This document shows positions 39,217-52,919 of a DNA stretch of 64,000 nt, piece after piece. The position numbers and the translations under genes were made by a program. The stretch's first letter is position 1; every line of letters begins with the position of its first letter. Source of the stretch: Amoebophrya sp. A120 (taxonomy: Eukaryota > Protista > Dinoflagellata); assembly GCA_905178155.1 (NCBI GenBank), contig CAJINV010000009.1:3658529-3722528 (forward strand). The letters are read 5' to 3'. Below the pieces are notes generated by a model, which did no database searches, was not told where the DNA came from, and was given only the letters and a program-made list of their open reading frames with translations.

Positions 39217-41262
39217 GTAGATGAACTCAAAGGAAGTTCTTGTGTAGTAGACTCTCCTCGTTCATGAGAACAAATAAGCGCAGGAGCAGGTGTACTTGTA
39301 CTAGTAGCATGAATTTTGCCACACCAAGAACGGAAGGATCGAAAGGCATATAATCTGATAACCAAAGTGCTGTTAAAGATGAAAATAACAAGCAACATGA
39401 ACATGCATCGTATTAAAAATCTCATGATATTCATAGTACGCTCGTAGTTATGGTTTTCATTCATCACGTACCGGTACCAGGGGGCCACGCCTATCCCTTA
39501 CGCTTCGGATATTAAGGATTCTTGTGTTACAACTTTGCTTGCCGCTACGAGAACTCCAATCCTTAAGAAGAAATGGGAATATCAATATATTTGAAAAATT
39601 TAAATTCTACCACATAATCATTGAGATTGACCGCATCTATCGCGGTTAAAATTCTCGACGTTTATTTATTAACATTTAGCAGCGCGATGGAGCTAAAAAT
39701 TTTTGAAAGGGTGCACTAGCAGGAGGACTACCGGGCTGTGCTTCTTCAACAGAGGCTCTAGATCTAGTGGTCCTCGCAGCACCGAATATTCTTGCTTGAG
39801 ATGAAACAGAAACTCTGTACGATTTTTCATTTGCATTTGCTAGTTTTAGAGTTAAACATACACAAGACATACCTGACGATTTTTTTGCAGCCAGTTCTAA
39901 GATGAACAAAACGACTTGTTCAAATAAAGGCGTCGGCAGCTTCGATTTTTCTTAGCTACGGATATGTAAATGCGCCGCAATTTTGCCAAAAATGAAAATC
40001 TTCTTCTGGAGCCGCGCATCGATTCGCCCGTACCATCAGCACGCAGCTGTGCAGTACCAGTAGTAAGATGAAATTGAAAGTTCTGATGTAGGCTAGCAGT
40101 AGAAGTAGAAGTACAAAGACAAACAGTTGGACAGAATAAATTTCTAGTCTGGGTTCTGCTTATTTTAGCCGTGGCCCTTGCGGATGATTTCTGTGTTGAT
40201 GCAGGTATGATATATGCCTGGCAGCTAGAAGCGCCGCAACCGCATGATGAATCAGTGCTGTAAAAAAAATGGGTAGAACAAGGCCACGACGAAGGATAAG
40301 AACAAGGCGAAGAACAATTGTCGGTCCACGTACTACTTAGCATGCCATTATCAAAAGCAACACAGCTCTGCCTCGGCCTCTGCAGCACGGTACGATCATT
40401 TTCATTGTGCAAGAAAGAAGGTCGTGTGCGCCCAATATGTTGTTCACTGCTTTTTAATAATAGGCTTGCCGTTACCTGTCGTTGCTGTGAATCACTGACT
40501 TTTGTAGTTCTGTGGTCTTTTTGTTTTTCATTCTGTTTGTGTTCTCATTGGTTTTGGTTCCGGTGCAGCGTTGTGCACTCTGTGGAGCTGTTCTGCTCTG
40601 AAGATACAGCCGAGTTTCTTCTTTCTACAAGACAGAGGGACGAGACAAGTTCGAGGTGTGCTGGCCTATTGGGTCTACTTCAAGAGAGCCACGACACCTG
40701 CCAGCGCCAGAAGAGTTCTAATGTGTCAAAATTTTGAGGGTGAGGGAATGAAGATGGCCGCAGAGGAGACACCGTAGACACGCAGAAGATCTTTGTGCTC
40801 TACTTTGAAATCTGTACTACAAGTTGTACTTGTAGTGTATACAAGTTGAAGACTGTGGTCATCTACCTAGTAAGTAAGTTGCTCCAAGTACAAGTCATTT
40901 CTGTACTAACGAGCACAGCTTTTTACAATTTCAATGTAGAAATAAAGCTAACGATTTATTACTGTTTCTGCTCTCAACGAGCAACACAATCAAGAATATA
41001 GAAATTATCCAAAACCAAATCTAATGACTTACACGACCACTACTTTGAGTTTCCCGCTGTCGTGTTGAGGTTGAGGTTAACCTTGACACAGACACACAGG
41101 GCAGGAGAACCTCCACAGGAGCATCAGAATCAGGAGCAGACGGGTAAGCACGCTGCATCTCGTCCTTGCTCCCCATCGACGAACGACGTACGTCACGCAG
41201 CAAGGACCTTTTACGAGGGTACAGAACGACGGACGAGCACCAGATATCACCACAATTACATC

Positions 41263-44200
41263 ATGTCTTCCTCCTCGACAATGAACAAGCTGGAGAGGCC
41301 CGAGGGCATGCAGTTGCTGCTTCCCTCGGAGGACTACTCCTCCTTGCTTCCCAACCCGGAGGCCTTCAAAGCGCTGGAACAGCTGTCGCAAAAGCCCGTT
41401 GCGGTGGTCAGTGTCGTGGAGAGTAAAGCGGCGGAGCGAGCATTTTACGATAATGCTGGTGCGGTGGGACGACCACAGAACACTACCTCTACTACAGGGT
41501 CGCTCAACAACTTCTACGCTGGTAGTTGTACAACAGCGAACACAACCAGCAAGACAGACCTGTTGAAGAGCTTGTTTCAAGAACACAGCAGCAGCACCAG
41601 CAGTAGCAGTGGCGCGACAGGAGCCGGAGTAGGTGGAACGTCAACGCACGGGGGAGCAGTTTTCCCCGGCGCTGTTGTTCCGAGTCCCTATGGAAGCGTC
41701 AGGTTTGAAATCGTCACAGTTGAAATAATCTGTAATGCATAAAATGCATGACCCGAGGTGCGTGTGTTGCAGAGCAGGCAAGTGAGGCCGATTGTAAGCC
41801 TGTTTGGGGTTACAGCTCGAGCTGCTAAAGTAGCATGAGAAAATCGCTCTTCTTTGCCTGAACAGCATGACAAACTGAATTTAGGGACCACCGAAATTTG
41901 TCATGCGCCACTTGGCAACTGGGTTCCAACTGGCATCCATTTTATGCATGACAAATTAAGTATTTCATTTTCAACTTTGTCGATTTCAACTCTGACACAT
42001 CCATAGTCCCAGCGCGGCTAACGTGGGCAACAACAAAAACAAGAACACGACAGCACTCAGCCCGGTCGTAAACAAGAATAGTTACAAGGCCACCGCCGGC
42101 ATTTGGGCCTACGCACGCCCGCACCCACGGAATCCCAATTTGACCATTGTGTATCTCGACGTCGAAGGGATTGCTACAACGACGACAACATCGACATCAA
42201 CGAATGTGAAGAATACAACCGACGAGCAGGATAAAAACCGCGGAGGAGAAGTTCTTGCCCCTCCACCTGCATGCTGCGGTAACACGACCTACAGCTGGCT
42301 GCTTTGCGCTTTGACGCTCCTTCTGTCGGATGTGTGCATTTTGAAAACATGCGGAAGTGTCGAATCTTCTTTTCTTCCTCTCCCAGATGCTTCCGAAGAC
42401 GACGCGGAGCTGAAAGCACGGCAAGCACACCAGAAATTCCTCGAAACGGCGGACGCGGAGCTGTTGGAAATTTTATTGCGGGTCACCAGACAACTGCAGC
42501 GCGGAAGTCCGTTTCTCCAGCAGCAGACGTCAACGTCAGCTTGTTCCCCCGCCGGAGCGCATGTTCTTGGGGGGCACCAGCACCATCATCTGCAAAATGT
42601 AAATGCGATGCTATCGAATAGTACGAACCTTTCCGTCAACAGTGGCTCATCTAGCACCGTCGTCTCACCGCAGCAAAAGAACAACAATGGCGCGCTGTCT
42701 TTCCACTCTGAGTCGTTGGCACACGCAAGCACAACCGGTGGTGCTATCGCTGACCTGAACAACACCAAGCTCGATACGTCCCGCCTTTTAGCTGACGCCC
42801 GGTCCCCTAAGAAGGCGGCGCTCTTCATCGCTACTGGCACAGGAGCGTCATCAAGGGCCGCGGGTTTATTGTCTTCTACTTCTTCGTCTTCCACCCGGGA
42901 GGGTGTTGCACTAGCTGCGCAAGAGCAAGAGAAAGCCGCAAGAACCGCCGCACTCGCTCAGATCAAGGAGAAGCTGTCGCACAAGGCACTGCACACGCTC
43001 GAAACGGGGTACCACTGCTACGAACTCTTTCCGCTTTTCTGCGGTGACGATAGTTGTACAACTGCAGCAAATAAAAGTTCTACAACTTCTTCCTCCTGTT
43101 CGTTTAATCCAACTGCCGCTGAGTTCAAGACCTTCAAAAAGCGACTCTTTTCTCTGCTGCGCGAGAAGTCCTTTTGCGTGGGTGTGCAGCTTTCGACCGT
43201 GGCCACCGCGGCGCGGAACCAGAGGGGCGGCGCAAGCGGGGGGCGTCACGATCCACAGCCGCAATTGGCGCTGGAGGCAGGAACGTCAAGCGGTGGAACT
43301 GTAGGAGGAACTACTGCAGCGCCAGGCTCTGCTTCATCAACAACCTTGTCACCTCAGGGGTCGTCCTCGTGTATTAGTGGTACTCTAACAGCTGGAAACA
43401 TCCTGCAATCGCAATCGCTATCGAACAAACCTCCCATGTTGCCGATCACCAGTTCATCTTCTGCGAAATCAACTACAACGCTCGCTGGAACCACTTCTCA
43501 TCTTTCCCCGGTAGGAGCTTCAGCCTCCACGTCCTCCCACGGCAATAATAAACTTCTGACCGGGGCAGACCTGGCAGCTTTGTTGAAACGATACCTGAAT
43601 GCGGTTTCGACCAGGTTGAAAAACACCACTTCTACAGGAGGCTCTGGAACATCAAGTGGAATTACAAGTAGTTCAAGTGGCAACTACAACTCGGGGGCGC
43701 CAACAAGAGACATTAATACCTCCACCTACAACAACCAAGTCTCTCTGTCCGAGGTAATTCCAACCCACAAAGAGCTGCTGACTCAGCTCGCAGGCGAGCG
43801 GTGCATCAAGGGCGCGCTGGAGTATTTTGGGGGCTGTATCAGTCGCGACATTGTCCTGCCCTCCGAGCTATGAATTGCAAAAATGTCTGGGTCTGGAACA
43901 TGGCAACTTGTCATGCCAGGTCTGAATCATGCAAAAATCTGTGTTGCATGATTCCCAAAAGCTGTCCACTTTTGTCCAAGTTGGGAGGCAGTTTCTCATG
44001 CAGGAAATGCATGCCAGAGATCTCACAGAATCTGTCATGCTAGGTCCTGCATTCCAGACCTCATGGGTCATGTAAAACCTGCATGACAGACTTGCATTCT
44101 TGCAGACCCAGACATTTTTACATTTGATACGAGCATTTTGAAGAAGAGGTGTTTTCCATTCTGGAAAACGCGCGGGAGTTTTTGATTCAGAACTTGGAGT

Positions 44201-47200
44201 ATCAAATGCAAAAGTGTCTGGGTCTGGAAGAATGCAATTTGTAATGCTGTCTGCGAATTCTAAAAGTATCTGTGTTGCATGAGCAGCAAGAGGAGTCAGT
44301 TCTTGGCACGCGGAGAGGACATTATTTCTCATGCGTAATTAGCATGAAGAAGCCCTCAAAAAATCTGTGATGCTAGCGCCAGAAGAAGAAGCCCTCAAAA
44401 TGTGCATGACAATCCCCGACTCTTCCAGACCCAGACATTTTTGCAATGCATATGGAGCAAAACAGCATCTCCATCGAGTCAGGGGACATGGAAAAATACT
44501 TGTCCATTTTCGACAAAAAAGTGGGAAACAAGTTTGAGACAAAGTTTTTACCGCTCGGAACCAGCTCCGCGGGCGGGATATCCTGTGCAAAAGTATCGTA
44601 CTCCTAGTAATCGCAGTCATGCGTTACAAATCTTCATCCCAAGGTAAAACATAAACAGCATGATAAATTCCATTTGTCATGCTGAGCTAATAATTTGTCA
44701 TGCGATTTATACGACTACGATACTTTTGCACAGAATACGGGACTGTGAATCACAATCATCTTCGTGCTGGGGGTAGTGGCGGCGGTAGCGCGGCCCATCA
44801 TCATCCTTACAAGGGGGGCGGCCTATCGCGGCAAAACACGAAAGGAAGCACAGCAGGTGCCGCCGGCTCTAGTATTTCTCTGAAAACTCCGAAGCACCAG
44901 GACCGAGCAACGGGTGGGAGTCGGAATGGTGGCGTCGACTCGTCGAGGAGCAACAGCATGGTTGTCCAGGAACAGGATGAACACAACAGCTCCGATATTA
45001 CAATGAAAAATGCCCCCTCCCCATACCAAAACGGGAATCTGTGATGCAGATTTGTGGTCACAAATCAGCTTAGTGATGCTAGAAGGCAAAAGATGCGGAC
45101 TGTAGTGCTGCCTAGCGTGGCGGGAAAGCCTCGCAGCTCCAGGATGACAGGAGGCAACTGGAAGTGGGAAACAGCATGACAGATTACCTGCAATTTAGGC
45201 CGCAGCTTCGTTTCTTGGCCTTCTAGCAATACAAGTCGATTTGTGTACTCAAATACAGCATCACAAATTCGCGCATCTTCCGTTTCCGATATGGGGTGGG
45301 GGCTTTTTTCACTTTGATATTCGAGGTCGTTGGCCGCGGTGGAGCAGATGCGGTAGTACCTTCCGTAGCCCAAGAGCAGCAGTCGGCGCACGGGACGCCG
45401 TCGCTGACCTTGATGACGCCGCAATTGGGCGGGGTAGCAGTGAAGCCCCATCAGGGGGGTGGGAGTTGTAGTGACCAAACATCGGCGACGGGGGAAGCGG
45501 GTGGCAGAACTACCTCGAAACCAGGCAGCAAATCAAGGAACAATAAGTCTTCGCTTTTTATGCAATGGACATCAACGTTCATCATGTTGTCAAGTATTGC
45601 ACTAGTACAGAACAAGATCTGGTGCGCATTTTTTCAAGACTTTCGAGAGTCTCGTTATTTGCCAATAGTTATTCTTCAGTACTGAAGATTTAGGACAACA
45701 CACAAGCGGTGGATGCGACACGGAAGAAAGCTGTTGTAGCGATGTTCCCTGTGTGCAGTGGGGTCGCATATAAAATGTTGATTAAGTTGATGTCACCACT
45801 AGCAAATAATGATCGTCTTCTAAGTGCTACACTTACCACAAGTGCGATACAAGTAGAGACAACTTTTGTAAACAATACTCTCTACTGGGCTGCACGACCA
45901 GCACCTCCACACCAAGCAAACTGACCAGGCGGGGGGTGGTGGCGCTGGGGGGAACCACAAGGGCACAACCGCCAGCCTCTCGACGAGCCAAGGAAACGCC
46001 TCGCTCGTGCTAGCGAAGGTGCCGGTTCTAGACGCCTCGGACAACTCGTTTCTGTACAGAAAGTGGATGGAAAACCGGACCAGTTTGCTGGAAAAAAACC
46101 GGACGCAGTGGATTCGGAACTACTGGCAACCGCTGGAAGAATATCACAAGAGAAAAGTGCAGTTAAGAAGTGCCACTTCAGCTACACACTGTGGTGCAGA
46201 ACAACTGAGACAGAAAAAGCTCTACCATGCAGCTCACGTATATGATGCCCGCATAACTGCTATGTGCATGCTGAGTCAATCCGTATTGCTAAAAAATCTT
46301 CATCTGCAGCACAAGCGTGTAACACTTCTACTCATAGGTACTACTAAAAACTGCATCATCTATTTCTTTGCATAAAGAAAAGTGCCGACAGACGATCCGG
46401 AGTTCGTCCAGTTCCAATTTGAAAAAAAACGGAACTTTTGCCAAGAAGAAATCGGAAGAACTTAACAAGAGCACGAGGAACCCCTCCAGTACTTCTACTA
46501 CCGACGGTGGTATGATCCGAATGAAAAATAATGCGACCACGACAACTCCGAGTCCGATGGAAAGAAATACAAATAGGAATAAGACCTCCGCGTCCGCAGA
46601 TGTTGGCGTCCAGGATGAAATCCAACTTGACTCGCACGAGCAGTTCGTGGAGAATTTGCAAACGGGGTTCGAATTGGAAAACGTCCAGCACTTCAAGAGC
46701 TCGGCTCCGATCGAACAAGAAGACGACGTTGAACAAACGGGAGGAATACTAAACCAGGATCAAGAACACCAGAGGAACAGGCAAGGGCCGTTCGCAACTT
46801 GTACTACAAAGCAAGGGCGACACGGCGCAATTAGTACGACGAGTAACATCTCCTGCTACAAGGACGTCGACGATTTTTACCGAGAGTTGAATGCGAAAAA
46901 AATGGAGTACTATTCGCTGAGCGACGGCGGCACCGCAGCTTCTTCCTCTGCTGGCAGTGGGGTCGGAGCGCATCCGTCACCCACGAGGTATTCCACGAAA
47001 AAACTTCTTCACTGTGACGCAAACTTCGCAGGAGCAGGATCTGTGTCCTGGCAAAGTATTTCTATTCATAGCAAGACAAACAAGAATACGCAGGCATCCT
47101 TTGCAATAGAAATAGTGCAACTGCATCACAAGTTCAGAGCGAAGCAGTTTTTTCTTGCGATACAAGTTCGACTTCTGCAAACAACATCGCCGCGTCAATT

Positions 47201-47679
47201 ATCCTGTGCAAAAGTATCGTACTCGTATTGCAATCATGCATTACAAATCTTTTTCTTAAGGTGCATGAGCATTACAAATTTTATTTCTCATGCTGAGGAA
47301 ATTTGTAATGCATTTATACGAGTGCGATACTTTTGCAGTTCATATCAATATCCTAGGGAAAAAACTGTCTCAGTCGCAAACATTTGGAGAGTCAGCTGCA
47401 ATGGTAGTACCAATTGTTCACACGACAGCTCTGCCTCTGTCGTGGTGTTGCGTCACACGCATAAAGGAAAGGACGCATCTTAAATGCGGCCTATTATATC
47501 GAGCATGACAAGAAACTGTGACTGCCCCACACAGTGTCCACATTCTTGCAAGTTGAAACTGAGATTGTTTCTCCCCGCGATAGTCAACCTTGTTTCCGTC
47601 CGCAGGAGGCAATGGCAGCGGAGGTATAATAAAACTATACCCGAACACGTCCAACTTGTCTGTCAGTCTGGGTGATTAA
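41263..47679 (+). CDS. Guanylate-binding protein/atlastin-like protein with disrupted G1 motif, 10 TIR-introns (3' end uncertain)
   Basis: PNPEAFKALEQLSQKPVAVVSVV, KTDLLKSLF, TAGIWAYARPHPRNPNLTIVYLDVEG, SWLLCALTLLLS, LTGADLAALLKRYLNAV resemble GBP family motifs. Confidence 0.7.
41689..42005. mobile_element. TIR-intron family D
   Basis: DR GTCCC. Confidence 0.9.
43869..44129. mobile_element. TIR-intron family B (inverted relative of 19516)
   Basis: DR CGAGC. Confidence 0.9.
44200..44452. mobile_element. TIR-intron family B
   Basis: DR TGGAG. Confidence 0.9.
44579..44737. mobile_element. TIR-intron family A
   Basis: DR CGGGA. Confidence 0.9.
44996..45319. mobile_element. TIR-intron family C
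   Basis: DR TCCGA/TTCGA. Confidence 0.85.
45559..45877. mobile_element. Degenerate TIR-intron
   Basis: flanks CTTTT/CTCTC; +5 in frame. Confidence 0.55.
46142..46374. mobile_element. TIR-intron H-like
   Basis: DR AAGAA. Confidence 0.8.
46989..47162. mobile_element. TIR-intron family H
   Basis: flanks CGAGG/CAAGT. Confidence 0.8.
47199..47582. mobile_element. Outer TIR-intron family H (host of the nested element)
   Basis: DR GTCAA at 47194-47198 and 47583-47587. Confidence 0.8.
47200..47344. mobile_element. TIR-intron family A nested 1 nt inside the left end of the next element
   Basis: DR TCAAT. Confidence 0.85.
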
Positions 47680-48058
47680 AAAGTATAAGAGCGCAAGAAG
47701 TTGTTACACATTCTTTTTCTCGCTGTTGGAACCACGACTTGATGCTGCTGCAATCACAATGCAAGTAGCTTGATGTACATTTTCCTTCGCTCTTCTTGCG
47801 CAAATCTCTGGCTTGGTTCTGTTTCTGATACGGGTAGTTCCGCCCGGCTCCACAAAGAGGGGCAACTACTTACTCTTTCCGCCGGGTCGTGGGCGAGGTC
47901 TTCAGGCTGATCAGGGGGAAGACGCGTAGAATCGCGGCAGCGCGGATGATGGGCGGGAGGCAGTAGCCGTGTTTCATCCTGGACGACCGTTTGAACAACC
48001 CTTCAGCCTCAGTGGTTGTTTTACGCAGTGTCCTCGCGTTTGAACACAATACCTGGAG

Positions 48059-48382
48059 TATTGTGAGGCAAAATCCCCCCTCCCCATATTGAAAAGGTAC
48101 GTTTCCGAAAATTTGCGTTGCTGATTTGAGGTCACAAATCACATTTGTCTTGCAAGAAGACAAGAAAGCCAGAGAGCCCGCCGCATTAGGCAGGCGGTTT
48201 GTGATGCTGTTGGGCTTACAGAGCCGACATCTGTCGTGCTAGTCGCCTACGTCCAAACCTCTCGCCTCAGGCTTGGCATATGCCTCCAGTCCTCTCCAGC
48301 AAGACAGACCCGATTTGCGTACGCAAATCCAGCATCAGAAATTTCGTTTCGATATGGGGAGGGGGGATATTTCCGTTTGATA
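48059..48382. mobile_element. TIR element family C (host gene unassigned)
   Basis: DR TGGAG. Confidence 0.85.
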
Positions 48383-48803
48383 TGGAGGGCGCTGGTTACC
48401 TGACAGATGATGAGAGCCAACATTCCGGGATAAAAATTACTATTGGAGTTTTTCGTGAAATAAAAATAAAATTTTAAAGTTTCGCGGATTTTTGGGAATA
48501 AGTACAATAGAAATAAAATTTGAAAAGCAAGTGGGTAAGGTTGCGAAAAGAGAGCAACTAGCGTACCTGAAATTGGAAGATAACCACGCAGCTAGTTGGT
48601 ATTCACTGAGTTGCGTAGTGCTAGGTTTAAGTTTATTCGCCAGTTACGGAACACTTGAGATGAACAAGAATAAAAATAAAATTTTGAAATTTCGCGGATT
48701 GTGACCTGCCTAAGTTTTCAAATTGGTCGATGGCTTGCGTCCGCGCCTCCACCAGGACGCTCGCGTAGAGCAAGAAGCAGGTTTGCCCGTTGCTCCCCTG
48801 TGA

Positions 48804-49000
48804 GAGCCCACCCGAACCTCCCCGGCGTCGTTTTGCCCCGGGCAAAACGACGCCCGGGAGCCCAGCAGAACCTCCCCGGCGTCGTTTTGCCCCGCGCAAA
48901 ACGACGCCCGGGGGGAGCCCACCCGAACCTCCCCGGCGTCGTTTTGACCGGGGCAAAACGACGCCCGGGAGCCCACCCGAACCTCCCTGGCGTCGTTTTG
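48804..49000. repeat. Degenerate copies of the GAGCCCACCCGAACCTCCCCGGCGTCGTTTTG..CAAAACGACGCC hairpin satellite
   Basis: About 3.5 imperfect units related to the 96-bp array. Confidence 0.85.
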
Positions 49001-49776
49001 CGGGACGCTTGCCTGCGCAAGCGTCCCGGATCTTCGGTCAAGGCACCGGGAGTGCGGGACGCTTGCGTGCGCAAGCGTCCCGGATCTCCGGTCGAGGAAC
49101 CGGGAGTGCGGGACGCTTGCGTGCGCAAGCGTCCCGGATCTCCGGTCGAGTCACCGGGAGTGCGGGACGCTTGCGTGCGCAAGCGTCCCGGATCTCCGGT
49201 CGAGTCACCGGGAGTGCGGGACGCTTGCGTGCGCAAGCGTCCCGGATCTCCGGTCGAGTCACCGGGAGTGCGGGACGCTTGCGTGCGCAAGCGTCCCGGA
49301 TCTCCGGTCGAGTCACCGGGAGTGCGGGACGCTTGCGTGCGCAAGCGTCCCGGATCTCCGGTCGAGTCACCGGGAGTGCGGGACGCTTGCGTGCGCAAGC
49401 GTCCCGGATCTCCGGTCGAGTCACCGGGAGTGCGGGACGCTTGCGTGCGCAAGCGTCCCGGATCTCCGGTCGAGTCACCGGGAGTGCGGGACGCTTGCGT
49501 GCGCAAGCGTCCCGGATCTCCGGTCGAGTCACCGGGAGTGCGGGACGCTTGCGTGCGCAAGCGTCCCGGATCTCCGGTCGAGGAACCGGGAGTGCGGGAC
49601 GCTTGCGTGCGCAAGCGTCCCGGATCTCCGGTCGAGGCACCGGGAGTGCGGGACGCTTACGTCCCGGATCTTCGGTCGAGGCACCGGGAGTGCGGGACGC
49701 TTGCGTGCGCAAGCGTCCCGGATCTTCGGTCGAGGCACCGGGAGTGCGGGACGCAAGCGTCCCGGATCTTCGGTGC
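49001..49776. repeat. 54-bp palindromic tandem repeat, about 14 units (some truncated)
   Basis: Unit GGGAGTGCGGGACGCTTGCGTGCGCAAGCGTCCCGGATCTCCGGTCGAGTCACC with 13-bp inverted arms around a 2-nt loop. Confidence 0.95.
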
Positions 49777-49835
49777 CCGGGGGCCCGCCCGAACCTCCCC
49801 GGCGTCGTTTTGCCCGGGGCAAAACGACGCCCGCG

Positions 49836-52800
49836 AGCCCACCCGAACCTCCCCGGCGTCGTTTTGACCCGGCCGGGCAAAACGACGCCCGGGAGCCCAC
49901 CCGGACCTCCCCGGCGTCGTTTTGACCCGGGAGCCCACCCGAACCTCCCCGGCGTCGTTTTGACCCGGCCGGGCAAAACGACGCCCGGGAGCCCACCCGG
50001 ACCTCCCCGGCGTCGTTTTGACCCGGGAGCCCACCCGAACCTCCCCGGCGTCGTTTTGACCCGGCCGGGCAAAACGACGCCCGGGAGCCCACCCGGACCT
50101 CCCCGGCGTCGTTTTGACCCGGGAGCCCACCCGAACCTCCCCGGCGTCGTTTTGACCCGGCCGGGCAAAACGACGCCCGGGAGCCCACCCGGACCTCCCC
50201 GGCGTCGTTTTGACCCGGGAGCCCACCCGAACCTCCCCGGCGTCGTTTTGACCCGGCCGGGCAAAACGACGCCCGGGAGCCCACCCGGACCTCCCCGGCG
50301 TCGTTTTGACCCGGGAGCCCACCCGAACCTCCCCGGCGTCGTTTTGACCCGGCCGGGCAAAACGACGCCCGGGAGCCCACCCGGACCTCCCCGGCGTCGT
50401 TTTGACCCGGGAGCCCACCCGAACCTCCCCGGCGTCGTTTTGACCCGGCCGGGCAAAACGACGCCCGGGAGCCCACCCGGACCTCCCCGGCGTCGTTTTG
50501 ACCCGGGAGCCCACCCGAACCTCCCCGGCGTCGTTTTGACCCGGCCGGGCAAAACGACGCCCGGGAGCCCACCCGGACCTCCCCGGCGTCGTTTTGACCC
50601 GGGAGCCCACCCGAACCTCCCCGGCGTCGTTTTGACCCGGCCGGGCAAAACGACGCCCGGGAGCCCACCCGGACCTCCCCGGCGTCGTTTTGACCCGGGA
50701 GCCCACCCGAACCTCCCCGGCGTCGTTTTGACCCGGCCGGGCAAAACGACGCCCGGGAGCCCACCCGGACCTCCCCGGCGTCGTTTTGACCCGGGAGCCC
50801 ACCCGAACCTCCCCGGCGTCGTTTTGACCCGGCCGGGCAAAACGACGCCCGGGAGCCCACCCGGACCTCCCCGGCGTCGTTTTGACCCGGGAGCCCACCC
50901 GAACCTCCCCGGCGTCGTTTTGACCCGGCCGGGCAAAACGACGCCCGGGAGCCCACCCGGACCTCCCCGGCGTCGTTTTGACCCGGGAGCCCACCCGAAC
51001 CTCCCCGGCGTCGTTTTGACCCGGCCGGGCAAAACGACGCCCGGGAGCCCACCCGGACCTCCCCGGCGTCGTTTTGACCCGGGAGCCCACCCGAACCTCC
51101 CCGGCGTCGTTTTGACCCGGCCGGGCAAAACGACGCCCGGGAGCCCACCCGGACCTCCCCGGCGTCGTTTTGACCCGGGAGCCCACCCGAACCTCCCCGG
51201 CGTCGTTTTGACCCGGCCGGGCAAAACGACGCCCGGGAGCCCACCCGGACCTCCCCGGCGTCGTTTTGACCCGGGAGCCCACCCGAACCTCCCCGGCGTC
51301 GTTTTGACCCGGCCGGGCAAAACGACGCCCGGGAGCCCACCCGGACCTCCCCGGCGTCGTTTTGACCCGGGAGCCCACCCGAACCTCCCCGGCGTCGTTT
51401 TGACCCGGCCGGGCAAAACGACGCCCGGGAGCCCACCCGGACCTCCCCGGCGTCGTTTTGACCCGGGAGCCCACCCGAACCTCCCCGGCGTCGTTTTGAC
51501 CCGGCCGGGCAAAACGACGCCCGGGAGCCCACCCGGACCTCCCCGGCGTCGTTTTGACCCGGGAGCCCACCCGAACCTCCCCGGCGTCGTTTTGACCCGG
51601 CCGGGCAAAACGACGCCCGGGAGCCCACCCGGACCTCCCCGGCGTCGTTTTGACCCGGGAGCCCACCCGAACCTCCCCGGCGTCGTTTTGACCCGGCCGG
51701 GCAAAACGACGCCCGGGAGCCCACCCGGACCTCCCCGGCGTCGTTTTGACCCGGGAGCCCACCCGAACCTCCCCGGCGTCGTTTTGACCCGGCCGGGCAA
51801 AACGACGCCCGGGAGCCCACCCGGACCTCCCCGGCGTCGTTTTGACCCGGGAGCCCACCCGAACCTCCCCGGCGTCGTTTTGACCCGGCCGGGCAAAACG
51901 ACGCCCGGGAGCCCACCCGGACCTCCCCGGCGTCGTTTTGACCCGGGAGCCCACCCGAACCTCCCCGGCGTCGTTTTGACCCGGCCGGGCAAAACGACGC
52001 CCGGGAGCCCACCCGGACCTCCCCGGCGTCGTTTTGACCCGGGAGCCCACCCGAACCTCCCCGGCGTCGTTTTGACCCGGCCGGGCAAAACGACGCCCGG
52101 GAGCCCACCCGGACCTCCCCGGCGTCGTTTTGACCCGGGAGCCCACCCGAACCTCCCCGGCGTCGTTTTGACCCGGCCGGGCAAAACGACGCCCGGGAGC
52201 CCACCCGGACCTCCCCGGCGTCGTTTTGACCCGGGAGCCCACCCGAACCTCCCCGGCGTCGTTTTGACCCGGCCGGGCAAAACGACGCCCGGGAGCCCAC
52301 CCGGACCTCCCCGGCGTCGTTTTGACCCGGGAGCCCACCCGAACCTCCCCGGCGTCGTTTTGACCCGGCCGGGCAAAACGACGCCCGGGAGCCCACCCGG
52401 ACCTCCCCGGCGTCGTTTTGACCCGGGAGCCCACCCGAACCTCCCCGGCGTCGTTTTGACCCGGCCGGGCAAAACGACGCCCGGGAGCCCACCCGGACCT
52501 CCCCGGCGTCGTTTTGACCCGGGAGCCCACCCGAACCTCCCCGGCGTCGTTTTGACCCGGCCGGGCAAAACGACGCCCGGGAGCCCACCCGGACCTCCCC
52601 GGCGTCGTTTTGACCCGGGAGCCCACCCGAACCTCCCCGGCGTCGTTTTGACCCGGCCGGGCAAAACGACGCCCGGGAGCCCACCCGGACCTCCCCGGCG
52701 TCGTTTTGACCCGGGAGCCCACCCGAACCTCCCCGGCGTCGTTTTGACCCGGCCGGGCAAAACGACGCCCGGGAGCCCACCCGGACCTCCCCGGCGTCGT

Positions 52801-52919
52801 TTTGACCCGGGAGCCCACCCGAACCTCCCCGGCGTCGTTTTGACCCGGCCGGGCAAAACGACGCCCGGGAGCCCACCCGGACCTCCCCGGCGTCGTTTTG
52901 ACCCGGGAGCCCACCCGAA
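49836..52919. repeat. 96-bp GC-rich satellite, about 32 near-identical units, ending at an N
   Basis: 60-nt lines recur every 480 bp; unit is a dimer of related subunits containing the GGCGTCGTTTTG..CAAAACGACGCC hairpin. Confidence 0.95.

Noticed and set aside
47870-48480. Gene around element 48059
   Set aside because: No convincing protein on either strand after element removal
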